Shown one piece after another: positions 1 to 7,957 of a stretch of 24,000 bases of DNA. The position numbers and the translations under genes were made by a program. Location: contig JAGPVL010000005.1 of assembly GCA_018067045.1 (NCBI GenBank), positions 10,501 through 34,500 of the forward strand, written 5' to 3'. The notes under the pieces are model-generated. The model searched no databases, was not told where the DNA came from, and saw nothing but the letters and a program-made list of their open reading frames with translations. The stretch is from Gammaproteobacteria bacterium (GTDB taxonomy: Bacteria; Pseudomonadota; Gammaproteobacteria; Pseudomonadales; Alcanivoracaceae). Position 1 is the stretch's first letter; every line of letters starts with the position of its first letter.

Positions 1-43
1 AAGACCCGCCTAATCGGTGGAATACTCGGTTTGGAGAGTGCTG

Positions 44-71
44 AAAAGAAGAGGCTTGCTGAGCCAGCCTC
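44..71 (-). terminator. Candidate rho-independent terminator downstream of prpF
   Basis: Inverted repeat gaggct (51-56) / agcctc (66-71) with a 9-nt loop. On the minus strand it is followed by ttctttt (44-50). It lies 40 nt past the prpF stop. The stem is short. Confidence 0.3.
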
Positions 72-110
72 CCCCATCTTTAGCGTATTGGCTTTCTCAG
101 CAAACGAGCA

Positions 111-1295
111 TTAATCGCTAAATGAATCACTCGGAACGCACACCGATCCTTCCATTAGAACGCGGGCGCTGCGGCTCATGCTAGCCTTCTTAGCAACCCA
201 TTGCCCGCCTTGCTCTAGCGCTTCAGCGCCCACCTTGAGCGTGCCGGATGGATGGCCAAAACGAACAGCCTGCCGTTCGCCGCCTCCAGCGGCTAGGTTA
301 ACGAGTGTGCCGGGAATTGCTGCTGCGATGCCAATGGCGACGGCAGCTGTGCCCATCATGGCGTGATGTAGTTTGCCCATTGAGAGCGCTCGAACCAGCA
401 AGTCTACATCGCTTTTTACGATGCTTTTCCCGCTTGATGACACGTAATCGATCGGTTCGGCGACAAACGCTACTTTAGGGGTATGCTGCCGAGAGGCTGC
501 CTCCCCTACGCTTTCAATTAGTCCCATTTTCACTGCGCCGTAAGCTCGAATGGTTTCGAACATGGCCAGCGCGCGGTCATCGCTGTTAATCGCTTCTTGG
601 AGTTCCGTGCCCGTGTAGCCGATATCCGCGGCATTGATAAAGATCGTTGGGATGCCGGCATTAATCATTGTTGCTTTCAGTGTGCCTACCTCAGGCACAA
701 CCAATTCATCGACGAGATTACCCGTCGGAAACATTGCGCCTTCGCCATCTGCTGGGTCTAAAAATTCAACTTGCACCTCAGCTGCCGGAAACGTAACACC
801 ATCAAGTTCGAAATCACCGGTTTCTTGGACCTCACCGTTCGTTATCGGCACATGGGCAATGATGGTTTTCTGAATATTAGACTGCCAAATTCTGACAATA
901 GCGATACCATTTTCTGGAATTCTGTCGGCGTCAACCAAGCCGTTGCTAACAGCAAATGAACCAACGGCAGCGGTCAAATTACCGCAATTCCCGCTCCAAT
1001 CGACGAAGGGTTTGTCGATTGAAACTTGGCCAAATAAATAGTCAACGTCGTGATGGGATTGCGTGCTTTTTGACAGGATCACCGTTTTGCTCGTACTAGA
1101 TGTTGCTCCACCCATGCCGTCGGTTTGCTTACCGTAAGGATCAGGACTGCCGATAACGCGAAGCAAAAATGCGTCACGCGCGGCGCCAGGTGACTGCGCA
1201 GATTCAGGTAAATCCGTCAGCTTGAAAAAAACACCTTTGCTGGTTCCGCCGCGCATGTAAGTGGCTGGGACTTTTATCTGAGGTGCGTGAGCCAT
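111..1295 (-). CDS. prpF: 2-methylaconitate cis-trans isomerase PrpF
   Basis: 394-aa ORF with ATG at 1295 and AAGGA 8-9 nt upstream. The translation carries PrpF hallmarks: QIKVPATYMRGGTSKGVFF, VIGSPDPYGKQTDGMGGATSSTSKTVIL, DYLFGQVSIDKPFVDWSGNCGNLTAAVG. It lies directly downstream of acnD, as in other AcnD/PrpF operons. Confidence 0.95.
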   Translation of the reverse strand: MAHAPQIKVPATYMRGGTSKGVFFKLTDLPESAQSPGAARDAFLLRVIGSPDPYGKQTDGMGGATSSTSKTVILSKSTQSHHDVDYLFGQVSIDKPFVDWSGNCGNLTAAVGSFAVSNGLVDADRIPENGIAIVRIWQSNIQKTIIAHVPITNGEVQETGDFELDGVTFPAAEVQVEFLDPADGEGAMFPTGNLVDELVVPEVGTLKATMINAGIPTIFINAADIGYTGTELQEAINSDDRALAMFETIRAYGAVKMGLIESVGEAASRQHTPKVAFVAEPIDYVSSSGKSIVKSDVDLLVRALSMGKLHHAMMGTAAVAIGIAAAIPGTLVNLAAGGGERQAVRFGHPSGTLKVGAEALEQGGQWVAKKASMSRSARVLMEGSVCVPSDSFSD

Positions 1296-1357
1296 TGTGA
1301 GGTGTCCTTATACGCGCTGGTTAGGTGGTGACTGTTTTGCGTTTTAGCTGAGCGTTG

Positions 1358-1475
1358 ATCGCTTGCAAGCAAGCTCCTACAAGAACCAAACTGTGCTGGC
1401 CTTGTGGAAGCTAACTTGCTGGCGATAATTTTTCCCTTACCGAGCGCTGATTACTAGCGAGCAAGCTCCTATAAG
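1358..1475. repeat. REP-like element cluster (3 units: forward 1358-1383, inverted 1401-1426, forward 1455-1475)
   Basis: Units are atcgcttgcaagcaagctcctacaag, cttgtggaagctaacttgctggcgat (reverse complement of the same consensus) and tagcgagcaagctcctataag. The same about 26-bp consensus, TCGC-y-w-GCAAGC-w-AGCTCC-y-ACAAG, recurs in four other spacers of this window. Confidence 0.85.
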
Positions 1476-1489
1476 CGCATTTATATTGG

Positions 1490-4081
1490 TTACGCGGTTG
1501 CAGACGCCATAAAGTCTTTCGCAAAGCGCTGCAAGATTCCGCCTGCGGAATACACTGAAAGCTCTTCTGCAGTGTCTAGGCGACAAATTACGGAAACACG
1601 CTCTACATCGCCGTTTTTGCGATTGATTACCAAGGTCAACGTAGCGCCCGGTTCTGCCGTGCCCTCCACATCAAATACTTCCGTGCCATCAATCGAGAGC
1701 GTGTTACGGGTTGTACCCGCCTCAAACTGCAGCGGCATAACGCCCATGCCAATTAAGTTGGTGCGATGAATTCTCTCGAAGCCTTCCGCAACAATTGTTT
1801 CAACACCAGCCAGTGCAACGCCTTTTGCTGCCCAGTCTCGCGACGAGCCCTGACCGTAATCAGCGCCGGCTATAATAATCAATGGCTGCTCGCGATCCAT
1901 GTAGGTTTCAATCGCCTCCCACATGCGCATTACTTTGCCTTCCGGTTCAACACGCGCCAATGAGCCCTGCTTAACGTTACCCTGCTCGTCCTTCACCATT
2001 TCGTTATAGAGCTTAGGGTTTGCGAGTGTTGCGCGTTGCGCTGTCAAATGGTCGCCACGGTGCGTGGCGTAAGAATTAAAGTCGACTTCCGGCAAGCCCA
2101 TCTTATCGAGGTATTCTCCAGCCGCACTGTCCAGCATAATCGCGTTGGACGGAGATAAGTGATCTGTCGTGATGTTGTCCGGTAGCACTGCCAGAGGGCG
2201 CATCCCCTTCAATGGACGCGCTTCGGCCATCTTGCCCTCCCAGTACGGAGGGCGACGAATGTATGTTGATTGCGGGCGCCAATCGTAAAGCGGCTTGCTG
2301 CGCGCAGCTTCGGCCTTTTGCTCAAACATAGGAATATACACATCACGGAATTGTTGTGGCTTAACGCTCTGCTTAACAATCGCGTCGATCTCTGCATCAT
2401 CCGGCCAGATATCTTTTAACGTGACAGGCTTGCCATCTTGATCTAGGCCGAGCACATCTTTTTCGATATCGAAGCGAATGGTGCCAGCAATTGCGTAGGC
2501 CACCACAAGTGGCGGTGATGCCAAGAACGCTTGTTTTGCGTAAGGATGAATTCGCCCGTCGAAGTTGCGGTTACCGGACAGTACGGCCGTTGCATACAAA
2601 TCCCGATCAATGACTTCTTTTTGAATTACAGGATCAAGCGCGCCGCTCATGCCGTTGCAGGTTGTGCATGCGAAGGCGACGACATCGAAACCGAGCTGTT
2701 GCAGTTCGGGCAATAGAGCAGCTTCTTCCAAGTACAATTTTACCGTTTTAGAACCGGGCGCCAATGATGATTTCACCCACGGCTTGCGAGTTAACCCGAG
2801 TCGGTTTGCGTTACGCGCAATCAGACCGGCGGCAATCATGTTGCGGGGGTTGCTGGTGTTAGTGCAGCTGGTGATGGCGGCAATAATCACGGCGCCATCA
2901 GGCATCTCACCCTCGTTATCTTCCCAGGCTTTTGCAATGCCGCGATTAGCGAGTTCTGAAGCTGGCAACAGTGCGTGCGGATTAGAAGGCCCAGCCAAAT
3001 TGCGGCCGACAGCAATCATATCGAATTTTAATACACGCTCATATTCAACGTTTTTGAACGCATCTGACCAAAGCCCAGTCGCTTTAGCAAATGTCTCCAC
3101 CAATTCAATTTGACTGTCGTCACGCCCTGTTAGACGCAAGTACTCAATGGTCTGTTGATCGATTGAAAACATTGCGGCCGTAGCGCCGTACTCTGGCGTC
3201 ATATTTGAAATCGTCGCACGGTCACCCACGCTCAAGGCATCAGCACCTTCGCCGTAGAATTCAAGGTATGCGCCCACTACTCGTTCTTTACGTAAAAATT
3301 CGGTTAACGCTAGCACGAGATCTGTGCCGTTAATGCCTGGATTAAGCTTGCCAACCAACTCAACACCGATGATGTCCGGAAGGCGCATCATTGATGGATT
3401 ACCTAGCATGACGTTTTCGGCTTCGAGACCACCCACGCCAACGGAAATAACGCCCAGCGCATCGACCATTGGAGTGTGGCTATCGGTGCCTACACATGTA
3501 TCAGCAAAAGCGACGCCATCCTTAATTTGCACCACAGGAGACATTTTCTCCAAGTTGATCTGGTGCATAATGCCGTTGCCTGGCGGAATGACGTCAACGT
3601 TATCGAACGCCGTTTTTGTCCAGTTAATAAAATCAAACCGGTCAACGTTACGACGATTCTCGACGTCACGATTTTTTTCAAATGCACCTTCTTCAAACCC
3701 TGCGTGCTCGACCGCTAATGAATGATCCACGATTAGCTGCGTGGGTACGACTGGGTTAATCTTCGATGGATCTCCACCCATTTCTGCCACGGTGTCACGC
3801 AAGCCTGCCAAGTCGACCAATGCAGTCTGGCCGAGAATGTCATGGCAAACGACTCGTGCCGGATACCAAGGAAAATCCAGATCACGCTTACGTTCGATTA
3901 ATTGCTTAAGCGCAGCGGTAAGCCCTTCCGGCGCGCAGCGACGAACAAGGTTCTCAGCCAGAATACGAGAAGTGTACGGCAGTTTTTCGTAAGCACCTGA
4001 CTGAATGGCATTGACCGCTTCACGCGTATCAAAAAAATCGAGCTGGGTGCCGGGAAGAGATTTGCGATATTCAGTATTCAT
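1490..4081 (-). CDS. acnD: Fe/S-dependent 2-methylisocitrate (2-methylcitrate) dehydratase AcnD, aconitase family
   Basis: The ORF track gives 1490-4201 from a TTG start. I trimmed it to the ATG at 4081 (MNTEYRKSLPGTQLDFFDTREAV, a typical AcnD N-terminus), which has AGAGGA 8 nt upstream. The 40 extra codons run into a REP element. The aconitase Fe-S cluster region is present (IAAITSCTNTSNP, CTTCNGMSG). Position between prpC and prpF fits. Confidence 0.95.
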   Translation of the reverse strand: MNTEYRKSLPGTQLDFFDTREAVNAIQSGAYEKLPYTSRILAENLVRRCAPEGLTAALKQLIERKRDLDFPWYPARVVCHDILGQTALVDLAGLRDTVAEMGGDPSKINPVVPTQLIVDHSLAVEHAGFEEGAFEKNRDVENRRNVDRFDFINWTKTAFDNVDVIPPGNGIMHQINLEKMSPVVQIKDGVAFADTCVGTDSHTPMVDALGVISVGVGGLEAENVMLGNPSMMRLPDIIGVELVGKLNPGINGTDLVLALTEFLRKERVVGAYLEFYGEGADALSVGDRATISNMTPEYGATAAMFSIDQQTIEYLRLTGRDDSQIELVETFAKATGLWSDAFKNVEYERVLKFDMIAVGRNLAGPSNPHALLPASELANRGIAKAWEDNEGEMPDGAVIIAAITSCTNTSNPRNMIAAGLIARNANRLGLTRKPWVKSSLAPGSKTVKLYLEEAALLPELQQLGFDVVAFACTTCNGMSGALDPVIQKEVIDRDLYATAVLSGNRNFDGRIHPYAKQAFLASPPLVVAYAIAGTIRFDIEKDVLGLDQDGKPVTLKDIWPDDAEIDAIVKQSVKPQQFRDVYIPMFEQKAEAARSKPLYDWRPQSTYIRRPPYWEGKMAEARPLKGMRPLAVLPDNITTDHLSPSNAIMLDSAAGEYLDKMGLPEVDFNSYATHRGDHLTAQRATLANPKLYNEMVKDEQGNVKQGSLARVEPEGKVMRMWEAIETYMDREQPLIIIAGADYGQGSSRDWAAKGVALAGVETIVAEGFERIHRTNLIGMGVMPLQFEAGTTRNTLSIDGTEVFDVEGTAEPGATLTLVINRKNGDVERVSVICRLDTAEELSVYSAGGILQRFAKDFMASATA

Positions 4082-4186
4082 GGCGTCCTCTGTGAAGTTC
4101 GCTGCGACATGGGTTTGGTACAGCAATTCTTTTGGGCTTACGAGACCTGACGCGCTGGCGAACGTATTGCCATTCTGTGCAGGTGG

Positions 4187-4403
4187 ATCGCTTACAAACA
4201 AGCTCCCACAAGAACCGGCGTTTACACCTTGTAAGAAGCCAATTCTAGCGACAACCTTTCTTTCGTTTCGAGTAAGTTCTAAGCACTTTCAGTAGATGCT
4301 TCTACAAACAGCTGGAGCGGCATTGCGCTTGCGGGAGCTAGCTTGCTAGCGATTTCTTTGCTTTCTACAAAGACCTACCGCTTGTCAGCTAGCTCCTACA
4401 AAA
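4187..4403. repeat. REP-like element cluster (4 units: forward 4187-4212, degenerate inverted 4228-4251, inverted 4328-4353, forward 4379-4403)
   Basis: Units are atcgcttacaaacaagctcccacaag, cttgtaagaagccaattctagcga, cttgcgggagctagcttgctagcgat and cgcttgtcagctagctcctacaaaa. They share the consensus seen at 1358-1475. Inverted pairs resemble REPIN doublets. Confidence 0.8.
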
Positions 4404-4408
4404 GCGGG

Positions 4409-5539
4409 TTAGCCGCGCCGGCTAATTGCTTCAACCTTGCGTAAATCTTCGCCGGTATAATCCGCACTTGGACGAATAATACGGTTGTCCGCACGCTGCT
4501 CCATAACATGTGCAGCCCAGCCAGTTAAACGACTCATCACGAAAATAGGCGTAAACAATTTGGTTGGGATATCCATGAAGTGATATGCCGACGCATGGAA
4601 AAAATCGGCATTACAGAACAATTTCTTTTCGCGCCACATCACTTCTTCCACACGCACTGAGACAGGATAAAGAACGGTATCACCGACATCTTCGGCAAGC
4701 TTCTCTGACCACTCCTTGATAATCGCATTACGTGGGTCTGACTCGCTGTAGATGGCATGGCCGAAGCCCATGATCTTATCTTTACGCGCCAGCATGCCCA
4801 TCACTTCTTGCTCGGCATGATCGGGGTCTTTGTAGCTCTCGATCATTTCCATCGCCGCTTCGTTTGCGCCGCCATGTAGCGGCCCACGCAGTGAGCCAAT
4901 CGCAGCGGTGATACACGAATGGATATCGGAAAGCGTTGACGCGCACACACGAGCAGTAAAGGTGGATGCATTAAACTCATGCTCTGCGTACAAGATCAGC
5001 GACACGTTCATGACCTGCTCATGCAATGCGTTTGGCTTTTCTCCGCGAAGCATGTGTAGGAAGTGTGCGCCAATGGAATTATCGTCAGTTTCGACATCGA
5101 TCTTCACACCGTCATGGCTGAAGCGATACCAGTAACAAATGATGGACGGGAAGTTCGCCAGCATACGGTCGGTTTGGTCTTGCTGCTCAGCAAAATCTAG
5201 CTCAGTTTCTAGATTGCCAAGCATGGAGCAGCCTGTGCGCATGACATCCATGGGGTGCGCATCTTTGGGGATTCGCTCGAGCACTTCTTTTAGGGCCTGT
5301 GGCAGACCACGCAAGCCTTTCAGCTTCGCTTTATACGCATCAAGCTCATCTTGCGTTGGCAGCGCACCCTTAAGAATAAGGTATGCCACTTCCTCAAACT
5401 CACACTTCTCTGCAAGCTCCTTCACGTCATAGCCGCGATAGGTTAAGCCGGAACCAGACACCCCAACGGTAGAGAGTGCGGTTTTTCCTGCTACTTGGCC
5501 ACGTAAGCCTGCGCCACTGAGCTGTTTGCCTGCTGCCAT
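4409..5539 (-). CDS. prpC: 2-methylcitrate synthase PrpC
   Basis: 376-aa ORF with ATG at 5539 and AGAGGTGA upstream. It belongs to the citrate synthase family and has the PrpC-type N-terminus LSGAGLRGQVAGKTALSTVG..GLTYRGYDV. Catalytic-region motifs GFGHAIY and NADFF are present. It lies between prpB and acnD. Confidence 0.95.
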   Translation of the reverse strand: MAAGKQLSGAGLRGQVAGKTALSTVGVSGSGLTYRGYDVKELAEKCEFEEVAYLILKGALPTQDELDAYKAKLKGLRGLPQALKEVLERIPKDAHPMDVMRTGCSMLGNLETELDFAEQQDQTDRMLANFPSIICYWYRFSHDGVKIDVETDDNSIGAHFLHMLRGEKPNALHEQVMNVSLILYAEHEFNASTFTARVCASTLSDIHSCITAAIGSLRGPLHGGANEAAMEMIESYKDPDHAEQEVMGMLARKDKIMGFGHAIYSESDPRNAIIKEWSEKLAEDVGDTVLYPVSVRVEEVMWREKKLFCNADFFHASAYHFMDIPTKLFTPIFVMSRLTGWAAHVMEQRADNRIIRPSADYTGEDLRKVEAISRRG

Positions 5540-5690
5540 CGTACTTCACCTCTTATCTGATCGGACGTTAAATCAAGCGTCCGTTTAGTTGAAATTTTCT
5601 GGGTCTGACTATTCGTATCAGCGCCCCATCGCTTAAAGCTTTTCGGCCTTTGTTGGAACTCGCTTACTTGCGATTTTTTACCTTTCAATG

Positions 5691-5786
5691 AAGGCTGTTC
5701 GCTTGGCCGCCCTTGTGAGAGCTAGCTTGCTGGCGAATTCTTTGTCTTTGGTAAAGGCTGTTCGCTTGCAGGCAACCTCCCACAAA
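5691..5786. repeat. REP-like inverted doublet (inverted 5712-5737, forward 5762-5786) with a flanking 15-bp direct repeat
   Basis: Units are cttgtgagagctagcttgctggcgaa and tcgcttgcaggcaacctcccacaaa. The direct repeat aaggctgttcgcttg occurs at 5691-5705 and 5754-5768. Confidence 0.8.
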
Positions 5787-5816
5787 AGCCTAGAACCTTG
5801 TTAATCGCCTGCTTTG

Positions 5817-6704
5817 CTATTTGCTTTTCTCGAACAAGGCATCGAGCTTTTGCTCGTAGCTGTGGTAATCAAGGAAATCGTATAATTCCATACGCGTTTG
5901 CATGGTATCAACTACTGCTTTCTGATCACCGTTATCACGAATGGACTGATACACATTCAAGGCGGCTTTATTCATGGCACGAAACGCCGATAACGGATAC
6001 AACACCATGGTTGCGCCATTCGCGGCAAGCTCTGTGCGATTAAACAAAGGGGTTGCACCGAACTCAGTGATATTCGCTAGAAGATGCGCCCCACCAATGC
6101 CTTCGGCAAAGGCTTTATAGTCTTCAAGGGTATGTACCGCCTCGGCAAAAATACCATCGGCACCTGCTTCTAAACATGCGCGTGATCGCTCGATTGCGGC
6201 CTCAAGACCTTCTTTTTGGAATGAATCAGTACGGGCAATAATAAAGAAGTCGTCGTCTGTTCTGCCGTCTACCGCTGCTTTTACGCGATCAACCATTTCG
6301 TCTTTAGACACGATTTCTTTATTCGGCCGGTGACCGCAACGTTTCTGGGCTACCTGATCTTCAAGGTGCACCGCGCCGGCACCAGCTTTAATCATCTCAG
6401 TGACCGTGCGTGAAATATTAAACGCCCCACCCCAGCCAGTATCGATATCCACTAGTAAAGGCACTTCTGTAGCGCTAGAGATACGGCGCACATCTTCGAG
6501 CACTTCGTTTAGGCTGGTCATGCCGAGATCCGGCATACCATAAGAGGCGTTCGCAACGCCGCCGCCAGAAAGATAGATGGCGCGATAGCCTACTTGCTCC
6601 GCCATCATTGCGCAGTAAGCATTTATCGTACCCATAATCTGTAGTGGCTTTTCTTCGGCTAGAGCTTTACGAAATCGTGCTCCTGCAGTTAACGGCTTAC
6701 TCAT
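5817..6704 (-). CDS. prpB: 2-methylisocitrate lyase PrpB
   Basis: Isocitrate lyase/PEP mutase family, with [38 protein letters not shown] and [16 protein letters not shown]. The ORF track starts at 6710 (MNMSK). GGAGA abuts that ATG but sits 6 nt before the ATG at 6704, so 6704 is preferred. The start is uncertain by 2 codons. Confidence 0.93.
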   Translation of the reverse strand: MSKPLTAGARFRKALAEEKPLQIMGTINAYCAMMAEQVGYRAIYLSGGGVANASYGMPDLGMTSLNEVLEDVRRISSATEVPLLVDIDTGWGGAFNISRTVTEMIKAGAGAVHLEDQVAQKRCGHRPNKEIVSKDEMVDRVKAAVDGRTDDDFFIIARTDSFQKEGLEAAIERSRACLEAGADGIFAEAVHTLEDYKAFAEGIGGAHLLANITEFGATPLFNRTELAANGATMVLYPLSAFRAMNKAALNVYQSIRDNGDQKAVVDTMQTRMELYDFLDYHSYEQKLDALFEKSK

Positions 6705-6865
6705 ATTCATTCTCCAGTCAAAATTCTGTTCAAGCTGCCTGTAAAAGTCGCTGGCTATATACTAATAATCGGGATCAGCTTTCCTGTTCACCTTTTGATG
6801 TTAATGAAGGCTATCCACGTGTGACGAAAATTCCGATTGGGCGCGTATTTATATTGTTCCGCTAA

Positions 6866-7567
6866 TCAGGGCTGATAAGCCGCGCTTTGTTGTTCAATGT
6901 TTTCTCTGGCACGACCGATATGTCTGCGCATCAACATCTCAGCAAGGTCGCCATCTCCCGCCTCTATGGCCTCAACAATACGGCGGTGCTCGGCCAAAGC
7001 TTTTTGTGGCCGGTTTGCTACCGCAGAAAATTGATATCGATACATGCGGACAAGATGGTAGATCTCGCCTATCAATAAATCAGCCAGTTTACTGTTATGG
7101 CTTCCTTGAATAATACGGTAGTGGAAGTCTAGATCGCCTTCGCGCTGGAAGTATGCAGTATCTTCCTTTAAATCCTGCTGCTGCTCATGTTGATGCAAAA
7201 CTTCATGCAAGCCAGCAACTTCTTCTTTGGTCATGCAGCTCGCCGCCAAACGCGCCGCCATACCTTCCAGCGCTTCACGAACGCGATATATCTCAATAAG
7301 ATCCGGCAAGCTTAATGATGCGACCCTAGCGCCTATATGTGCCTCACGCTGCAATAGCTTGCGTGACTCCAATCGACGTATTGCTTCACGTAAAGGTCCG
7401 CGGCTGACGCCATAACGAGTGGCTAATTCAGCCTCCCCAAGCCGAGCACCTGGCTTGAGCACTCCGAGTACAATGTCATCTTGAAGACGCGTAAAAACAC
7501 GCTCCGCAAGGGTCCGTGCATCTGGAGCTTCGTTTGGAGTCGCTTTAGCGTCGTCAGACATTCGCAT
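6866..7567 (-). CDS. GntR-family (FadR-like) transcriptional regulator, probable prp operon regulator
   Basis: N-terminal winged-HTH of GntR type (LKPGARLGEAELATRYGVSRGPLREAIRRLESRKLL) plus an all-helical FCD-like C-terminal domain. It lies immediately upstream of and co-directional with prpB, as in Pseudomonas-type prp loci. No clear SD was found, and an alternative ATG exists at 7561. Confidence 0.85.
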   Translation of the reverse strand: MRMSDDAKATPNEAPDARTLAERVFTRLQDDIVLGVLKPGARLGEAELATRYGVSRGPLREAIRRLESRKLLQREAHIGARVASLSLPDLIEIYRVREALEGMAARLAASCMTKEEVAGLHEVLHQHEQQQDLKEDTAYFQREGDLDFHYRIIQGSHNSKLADLLIGEIYHLVRMYRYQFSAVANRPQKALAEHRRIVEAIEAGDGDLAEMLMRRHIGRARENIEQQSAAYQP

Positions 7568-7569
7568 TT

Positions 7570-7581
7570 ATTGTCAACAAT
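7570..7581. promoter_or_regulatory. Palindrome ATTGT-N2-ACAAT abutting the regulator start codon (possible GntR-type operator)
   Basis: attgtcaacaat is a 5+5 inverted repeat that fits the loose GntR-family operator pattern (GT-Nx-AC in an A/T-rich palindrome). It sits 3 nt from the regulator ATG. There is one copy only, so support is weak. Confidence 0.2.
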
Positions 7582-7800
7582 ACCTAGTAAAGAACAGACT
7601 TTATCGCGTCCTATAAGTCAATTCAAGAAGAGATTGTCTACAATCTATGGCAAATATCCCATCCCTTCGGCGAAAGTAACGAATACAGAGAGACAAGGTA
7701 GGAGAATTAGCTAGAGTCGCCGCGCTGGGTAGACACTGGGCGACTAAGGGCCCGGGGGGATTAAGAGGCTCTAAATCACAAAGCAGCCTGAGCGGGAGCA

Positions 7801-7848
7801 CTAAGAAGAGAAGAATAGAGCCGCCGTCATGCCCGCGAGGTGCGGCTG
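7801..7848 (-). terminator. Candidate terminator of the envelope cluster
   Basis: Stem agccgc (7820-7825) / gcggct (7843-7848) with a 17-nt loop. On the minus strand it is followed by the T-rich ctattcttctcttctt. It lies about 110 nt past the stop of the 695-aa lipoprotein gene. The stem is short and the loop large. Confidence 0.2.
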
Positions 7849-7957
7849 AGAGAAGCGTCTATATTAGTGTGGCCATGATAACAAATAATGAGGCGTCGCC
7901 ATAAGCGAACCCCCCATTATGCTTGCTTCCGGAAATTCAAAAGCACTTACTTCTTCG

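Noticed and set aside
2649-3725. Long plus-strand ORFs (154 aa at 2649-3113; 133 aa at 3324-3725; 80 aa at 3476-3718) antisense to acnD.
   Set aside because: They lie entirely inside the strongly conserved aconitase-family reading frame. Their products are Ser/Ala/Pro/Thr-rich and low-complexity, as is typical of antisense frames. No start-site signals are present.
6711-6865. Search for a second copy of the ATTGT-N2-ACAAT palindrome or a clear promoter upstream of prpB.
   Set aside because: Only an isolated attgt half-site (about 6852) and a cacgtg hexamer were found. Nothing is convincing enough to annotate.
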